Made by a program: the position numbers and the translations under genes
IMG/VR virus record: IMGVR_UViG_3300009129_001089
DNA from: a virus
DNA: 64,000 bases
Reading direction: 5' to 3' (one strand)
Notes under the pieces: model-generated
The model's input: the letters and a program-made list of their open reading frames with translations, nothing else
Told to the model about the DNA's origin: nothing
Databases searched by the model: none
Shown here: piece by piece, positions 59,525 to 64,000 of the stretch
How positions within the stretch are numbered: position 1 is the first letter of the stretch
How the letters are laid out: the number at the start of each line of letters is the position of its first letter

Positions 59525-60117
59525 GGATAAACAAAGAATGTGACTGTCAATCTATCAGTTCCTGCGCCTTCGGCACTATGTACCAATTTTGCATTATACA
59601 TAATCATTCTATTAAATTTATTTTCAATTATACTAGTTTTTTCAAAACTAGTTTTATCTATCATATTAACATTTGTTGGCATTTCTGTGCTTCCGTCCCA
59701 GCCTGTTTCTTTATGCTTATAAAAACAAGTACCTGTATCAGGAGCAGGATTATTATCTAAATAAATTACACCTGCTAGAACTGGATTACCATCTTGATGT
59801 ATATTTCGTTCATCATTTTTTGTTTGTCGTTGAAACAATGCATTTATAGTTATATTATCATTTGGTATTAATGCTAATATTTTTTTTTGAAATTCTTTAT
59901 ATATTTTAGGTAAAATATTTTCACATAATAATGATCGTTGTCCTGGAAATGTCATTCCTATTTTAAGAATTTCTAATATTTTATTATCATTATCTTCGTC
60001 TATTGTTGCTGTATTACTCAACTGATCGCAATAATAAAAATCTTGTTTTAATGCTTCTTCTCTAACATTATTAGGGTCATCAAAAAAATTATCATATACA
60101 GTAATAATATTTTTCAT
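59515..60117 (-). CDS. DUF6445-like 2OG-Fe(II) oxygenase
   Basis: DNFFDDP..VR, FPGQRS, IHQD, GT.FY, NKFNR, HS, RLT; stop codon inside tRNA-Pro. Confidence 0.85.
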   Translation of the reverse strand: MKNIITVYDNFFDDPNNVREEALKQDFYYCDQLSNTATIDEDNDNKILEILKIGMTFPGQRSLLCENILPKIYKEFQKKILALIPNDNITINALFQRQTKNDERNIHQDGNPVLAGVIYLDNNPAPDTGTCFYKHKETGWDGSTEMPTNVNMIDKTSFEKTSIIENKFNRMIMYNAKLVHSAEGAGTDRLTVTFFVYPGM

Positions 60118-60635
60118 TTGTACACACCTAATATTAAAGTTAATCTTTCATTACCTGCTTCCTCTGCTCTATGTACAAGGTTACCGTTATACATAATCAT
60201 TCTATTAAATTTATTTTCTATTACACTTGTTCTGTTAAAATCGGACCCTATTAAAACTTCTATACTATCTGGTTTTTTGGTACTACCATCCCATCCTGTT
60301 TCTTTATGAGTATAAAAACCTGTACCACTATTTGGCATAGGAGTTTCATCTAAATATACTATACATGTTAAAAATGTATCAACGTCTTGATGTATTTTTC
60401 TATAATCATTTTTTCCTTGTTTTTGAAACCTAGCAGTTATTGTTGAATTTTTAGGTATTAATGGTTCTAAGGACAATTTTAATTCTCTATACATCTCTGG
60501 TAAAATATTTTTACATTGGTCTGTTCGTATTCCAGGATAATTTCCTAATTGATCAAAGGTTTGTTCTAATGCTTTCTTTCGAATTTCGTTGGGATGCATA
60601 AAAAAATCATCGTATACTATTAATCTATAATCCAT
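60114..60635 (-). CDS. DUF6445-like 2OG-Fe(II) oxygenase
   Basis: YPGIRT, IHQD, NKFNR, HR, RLT. Confidence 0.85.
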   Translation of the reverse strand: MDYRLIVYDDFFMHPNEIRKKALEQTFDQLGNYPGIRTDQCKNILPEMYRELKLSLEPLIPKNSTITARFQKQGKNDYRKIHQDVDTFLTCIVYLDETPMPNSGTGFYTHKETGWDGSTKKPDSIEVLIGSDFNRTSVIENKFNRMIMYNGNLVHRAEEAGNERLTLILGVYK

Positions 60636-61300
60636 TATGCTAATTTAAATATAAAAGATGTTTGTGTTAATCTACAATTTTCCTTAGTATCCCCAAAACA
60701 AGTTCCAGGAGCATGTAATAATTTACTATCATATAATACAATTCTATTAAAGGTATTTCCGACTACAGAGTCTACTTCAAAATTATCCTTATTTTGGTCT
60801 TGCCTATTCGCAGGATATATATCGTTAAATGCTAGATCTGGTACTCTATCTTTGTTTATGCCATTCCATCCTGTCTTTTTATGTGAATAAAATATAGTAC
60901 CACTATTAGGTCCGGGGTTAGGTGTTAAGTAAACAATAATGGCCATAATAGGATCTGTATCTTGATGAATACTTTTATTAACATTATCATGATCTTTAGT
61001 TTGTAATGTAAAATATGTATCTACTTCTAATTTAGTTTCATCACTAAACTTACAATATTGGTTCACAAAAGTTCGAGTATATTCATCTGCTTCAGGTAAT
61101 ATTTTACTAGCTCGTATTGTTCGTTCACCACAAAAATTTCCTATTTTAGATATCTCAACAACATCATCATTATCTAATTCTTCTGTTCTAATTGTATCAT
61201 GCAAATAATCTGCAGGATAAAATTCCTGTTTTAATAATTTATTTCTAATTAGAAATGGATCTGGGTAAAAATTTTCATATATAATTGAATTTAATCTCAT
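60635..61300 (-). CDS. DUF6445-like 2OG-Fe(II) oxygenase
   Basis: ENFYPDP, IHQD, SGTIFY, NTFNR, LHAP..FG, RLTQ. Confidence 0.85.
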   Translation of the reverse strand: MRLNSIIYENFYPDPFLIRNKLLKQEFYPADYLHDTIRTEELDNDDVVEISKIGNFCGERTIRASKILPEADEYTRTFVNQYCKFSDETKLEVDTYFTLQTKDHDNVNKSIHQDTDPIMAIIVYLTPNPGPNSGTIFYSHKKTGWNGINKDRVPDLAFNDIYPANRQDQNKDNFEVDSVVGNTFNRIVLYDSKLLHAPGTCFGDTKENCRLTQTSFIFKLA

Positions 61301-61318
61301 AATATTCCTATATGGATA

Positions 61319-61394
61319 TGGAGCTGGCGACAGGAATTGAACCCGTGACCTGAGGTTTACAAAACCTCTGCTCTACCAACTGAGCTACGCCAGC
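61319..61394 (-). tRNA. tRNA-Thr(TGT)
   Basis: TTTGTAA loop, CCA. Confidence 0.93.
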
Positions 61395-61401
61395 ACTATA
61401 C

Positions 61402-61701
61402 TTATTTAAATCTAACTTTAGGTTCGGTCTTTTGTTGGTATGTCGCCTTAATTTCGGATTTTCTAGCATGTTCAACTATTTCGTCATAGTCTGGATTCTG
61501 CCATCGCTCGTGCCAATCGCAATCAGGGGTAGACACTTCAGTATAAGTACCATCAGGATGTTTCTTGCCAATTTTTTTGCCCCCTTGTTTATGTTTCTTT
61601 TTTTCTTGCTTTTTACGTTCCCGGTTTTCTAGATTAATCATGTGCCGGTATTGGGGCGAACGCTCTAGTGCTTCGTCTCTAAAATGTGGTTTATCTGTCA
61701 T
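61402..61701 (-). CDS. Basic hypothetical protein
   Basis: ORF on the coding strand. Confidence 0.6.
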   Translation of the reverse strand: MTDKPHFRDEALERSPQYRHMINLENRERKKQEKKKHKQGGKKIGKKHPDGTYTEVSTPDCDWHERWQNPDYDEIVEHARKSEIKATYQQKTEPKVRFK

Positions 61702-61702
61702 A

Positions 61703-61858
61703 TTAATGTGCTCTTGCAAATTCTATTCGTTTTAATGCATGGGCAGTATATTCTACTCTATCCTGCCAATAATAATAGTCTTCAACTGTTCGTGCATGTT
61801 TAACTTTATAAAAAGCCTCACGCAACTTTTTTACTAGGTCTTTCTTCGATTCCTTCAT
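61703..61858 (-). CDS. Hypothetical protein
   Basis: ORF; start at MKESKK inferred. Confidence 0.5.
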   Translation of the reverse strand: MKESKKDLVKKLREAFYKVKHARTVEDYYYWQDRVEYTAHALKRIEFARAH

Positions 61859-62081
61859 TTTCTTTCTCTTTAAGAAGGTTATCAATATCGCCCATAGAAA
61901 TAATTTTCTCGGCGTGCTCTACCTCATAATCGAGGATCTCGTAATCTAGCTCAGCCTTTGCCTCTTTAAATAAAAGGCTTTTAAGCCGGCTAGAGGCCTC
62001 AAGCAAAGTATTAAATTCGCTTGTTCTAATTCTAATCCCACCTTGGGGTCTTTCTTCAGTAATTAATTTTAATCTATACAT
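61818..62081 (-). CDS. Hypothetical protein
   Basis: ORF after promoter motifs. Confidence 0.6.
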   Translation of the reverse strand: MYRLKLITEERPQGGIRIRTSEFNTLLEASSRLKSLLFKEAKAELDYEILDYEVEHAEKIISMGDIDNLLKEKENEGIEERPSKKVA

Positions 62082-62088
62082 TACTTAA

Positions 62089-62143
62089 TATTTATAGGAC
62101 TGACTTCTATAACTAGTATAACATCTATAATTATTGAAGTCAA
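62089..62143 (-). promoter_or_regulatory. Tandem sigma70 (TTGACT-17-TATACT, extended -10) and TATAAATA late motif upstream of the tRNA region
   Basis: Motifs read at 62115-62143 and 62089-62096. Confidence 0.65.
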
Positions 62144-62802
62144 TCGGTTAATGGAGGAAAGTTGGGTATATTATCGGAAAAAACAAAATAGTCTCCGTTA
62201 AATAACCAACGGTTATAAACATCTTTTATTTCATTTGTACCATGTAATAGGTATGCAGGAAATAAAAAAAGATCACCTACGATTGGTTGACATTCATATT
62301 CATGTCGCCATTCGCAAGTGTATTCAAGGGCATTCCAAGGAAATAGTCCTTTTGGTCCATTATATATAGGACTTAAAAACCATAAACTAGGGAGAGTACC
62401 CTCTAAATGAAAATAATATGTATAACTAAATAATGCACCTTCGTGATCATGCAATCCTGAACCTGTACTATTGCCAAAATTTAAGAATGCACTTGTTTTT
62501 TTTATTTGTTGGTAGGTTGTATCAATTTGTAAATCCTTAATAAACTTGTCTGCACTTTCGTCAATAAAGTCAAATACTTCTTTAAAGACAGGATTTTTAA
62601 ATTCTTTTCCGTATGTAGGTGAGTTGGTCCAAAACCGTTTTTGAACAGAAGTGTATCCTTTATAATTTACATTTGCCCCATGTTCAAATGGGACATCAGG
62701 ATCCATTGTTCTTTTGGCTTCGTCTAATATTTGTTTATGAAAAGATTTGTCTTTATTAATATTAGTGTGATAAATCTTATGTGGAAATATTTGATGTATC
62801 AT
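62140..62802 (-). CDS. 2OG-Fe(II) oxygenase (TIGR02466-like)
   Basis: HDH, SYTYY, FPAYLLH, R..FN. Confidence 0.82.
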   Translation of the reverse strand: MIHQIFPHKIYHTNINKDKSFHKQILDEAKRTMDPDVPFEHGANVNYKGYTSVQKRFWTNSPTYGKEFKNPVFKEVFDFIDESADKFIKDLQIDTTYQQIKKTSAFLNFGNSTGSGLHDHEGALFSYTYYFHLEGTLPSLWFLSPIYNGPKGLFPWNALEYTCEWRHEYECQPIVGDLFLFPAYLLHGTNEIKDVYNRWLFNGDYFVFSDNIPNFPPLTD

Positions 62803-62934
62803 TTACTTTTTGTTTTGCAATTTCAAAATATTCTTGTTGTCTACGAGTATGTTCTTTTTGACATAATTCTAAAACTTCTCTTAATTTTTCATCGCTTAAC
62901 ACTCTTATTTGGGTTTCGGTTATTGGAAAATCTA

Positions 62935-63180
62935 TCATAGCCATTTAAGTTTAAATAGTACTTTTAATTTTGGATTTGTAATATCTGCATATATATAAAA
63001 TTTCATCAAATGTTCTTGTGGACTATACATTTGAACATATCGATAATCTTTATCGTATTTAAATTTTGTATTATCAAACCAAATTCGATATTTTTCTAAT
63101 AGTTTACTTGCCTTTGCTTGATGCCAAGGTTCATCATCTGCATTATCAGAGCATATAAAACTAACTAACTTCCGGCGCAC
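62935..63180 (-). CDS. Hypothetical phage protein
   Basis: C-terminal LFKLKW. Confidence 0.55.
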   Translation of the reverse strand: MRRKLVSFICSDNADDEPWHQAKASKLLEKYRIWFDNTKFKYDKDYRYVQMYSPQEHLMKFYIYADITNPKLKVLFKLKWL

Positions 63181-63412
63181 CTAATAATCCTACTAAGTCA
63201 GGATATCCGCCTTTTAAATATTTCCCTTCATATATAATCTGTGGAAATATTTTATATGGTCCGATTTTATTATAGAGGTCCCTTGGTGTTAAATCTTCTC
63301 CTACAGTTTGCATAGTAAATTCTATGTTATTCTGCTCAAACAATTCTTTTGCCTTATTACAATATGAACAATCTGGTATTTTTACATGTGTGTATAATAT
63401 TGTTTCACTCAT
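63161..63412 (-). CDS. Glutaredoxin
   Basis: CSYC, FPQI, GGY.DL. Confidence 0.9.
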   Translation of the reverse strand: MSETILYTHVKIPDCSYCNKAKELFEQNNIEFTMQTVGEDLTPRDLYNKIGPYKIFPQIIYEGKYLKGGYPDLVGLLGAPEVS

Positions 63413-64000
63413 TTTCTCTCACTATTTTGTTTATGTTTTCTTCAAAATTATCTAAATTAAATACAGGACTTGCATTATATATGCTAGTCAGGGGTCGTTT
63501 AGTTAAATCTTTACTTTTTGTGTGCCATAGATGTTTTGCCGCACCGATTGCAATTCCAGCATCATCGGCAACAGGTTCTATGAATATATTTACATCTGGC
63601 GGAAGTTCTTGTGTGTATCTAAAATTTGCCAAACAATTCAATGCATAACCACCACTAAAACAAATATTCTTGCAAGCATCAAAATCACAATGATCAAATA
63701 CAAAATTTAAAACTGCATCTTCACTTTCTTTTTGCATTTTTTTGGCTAAATTTGCATAGTCATGATATTTGTCTTTTATATCTCGCATTTGTCCTCTCTC
63801 TAAAAAAGGCACATCTTTTATAATTTCGTTTAAAGTAAAATCTATTTCAGGTTTAATTTCATATCTAAAATTTTCTCCTAATTTTCCTTCGTCTTTAGTT
63901 GGCATTCTATTATATTCATTAAATGATATTGTGCAACCAAAACTATCATTATATCGTGAAGGAACCCATATATTAAAAAAAGGAGGTAAACTTTCATCTA
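63405..64000 (-). CDS. Carbamoyltransferase (NodU/TobZ) Kae1-like domain, 5' end truncated by window edge
   Basis: FSGGYALNCLAN, EPVADDAGIAIGAA; frame stays open upstream of ATG 63905 to the edge. Confidence 0.85.
   Translation of the reverse strand, partial: DESLPPFFNIWVPSRYNDSFGCTISFNEYNRMPTKDEGKLGENFRYEIKPEIDFTLNEIIKDVPFLERGQMRDIKDKYHDYANLAKKMQKESEDAVLNFVFDHCDFDACKNICFSGGYALNCLANFRYTQELPPDVNIFIEPVADDAGIAIGAAKHLWHTKSKDLTKRPLTSIYNASPVFNLDNFEENINKIVRENE

Noticed and set aside
185-63648. Plus-strand ORFs in the track (e.g. 51881..52486, 49032..49448, 14439..14846)
   Set aside because: Nearly all lie antisense to minus-strand genes, lack motifs or SD sites and show shadow-ORF composition
63405-63905. 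Carbamoyltransferase as a 166-aa pseudogene
   Set aside because: The reading frame continues without a stop to the window edge
1-64000. Stop-codon reassignment
   Set aside because: Conserved enzymes are full-length in code 11, TAG and TGA end genes at expected positions, and no suppressor tRNA was seen

Overview
AT-rich, densely packed window with essentially all genes on the minus strand. It is best read as part of a large (jumbo) T4-like tailed phage genome, probably marine. Evidence: a gp44-type clamp loader, 10 CCA-encoding tRNAs, strong sigma70 early promoters, TAAATA late-promoter-like motifs, many short hypothetical ORFs and 10 2OG-Fe(II) oxygenases. Layout: (1) 1-10 kb holds putative head-packaged (injected) proteins sharing a capsid-targeting-like N-terminus, including two pol-beta nucleotidyltransferases, an amidoligase and a PD-(D/E)XK-like protein. 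(2) 10-13 kb is a radical SAM/methyltransferase/kinase-like cassette. (3) clpA, def and the clamp loader follow, then rpiB, purH and an AapJ/cytochrome c module. (4) Early hypothetical genes and oxygenase/glycosyltransferase islands are interleaved with tRNAs. (5) A coiled-coil protein gene is followed directly by a ~190-nt structured RNA candidate carrying 7-nt repeats. (6) 42-58 kb holds a nearly complete, streamlined de novo purine pathway (purC, F, D, M, E, S, L, Q, B, N, plus guaA and guaC) with isocitrate lyase embedded in it, along with clpP and speD. The strongest novelty candidates are the protein plus heptamer-repeat ncRNA module at 37.2-38.0 kb, the phage purine operon with aceA, the injected enzyme cargo, and ORFs whose stop codon is supplied by a tRNA. 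All calls come from reading motifs by eye; no database searches or folding programs were run.
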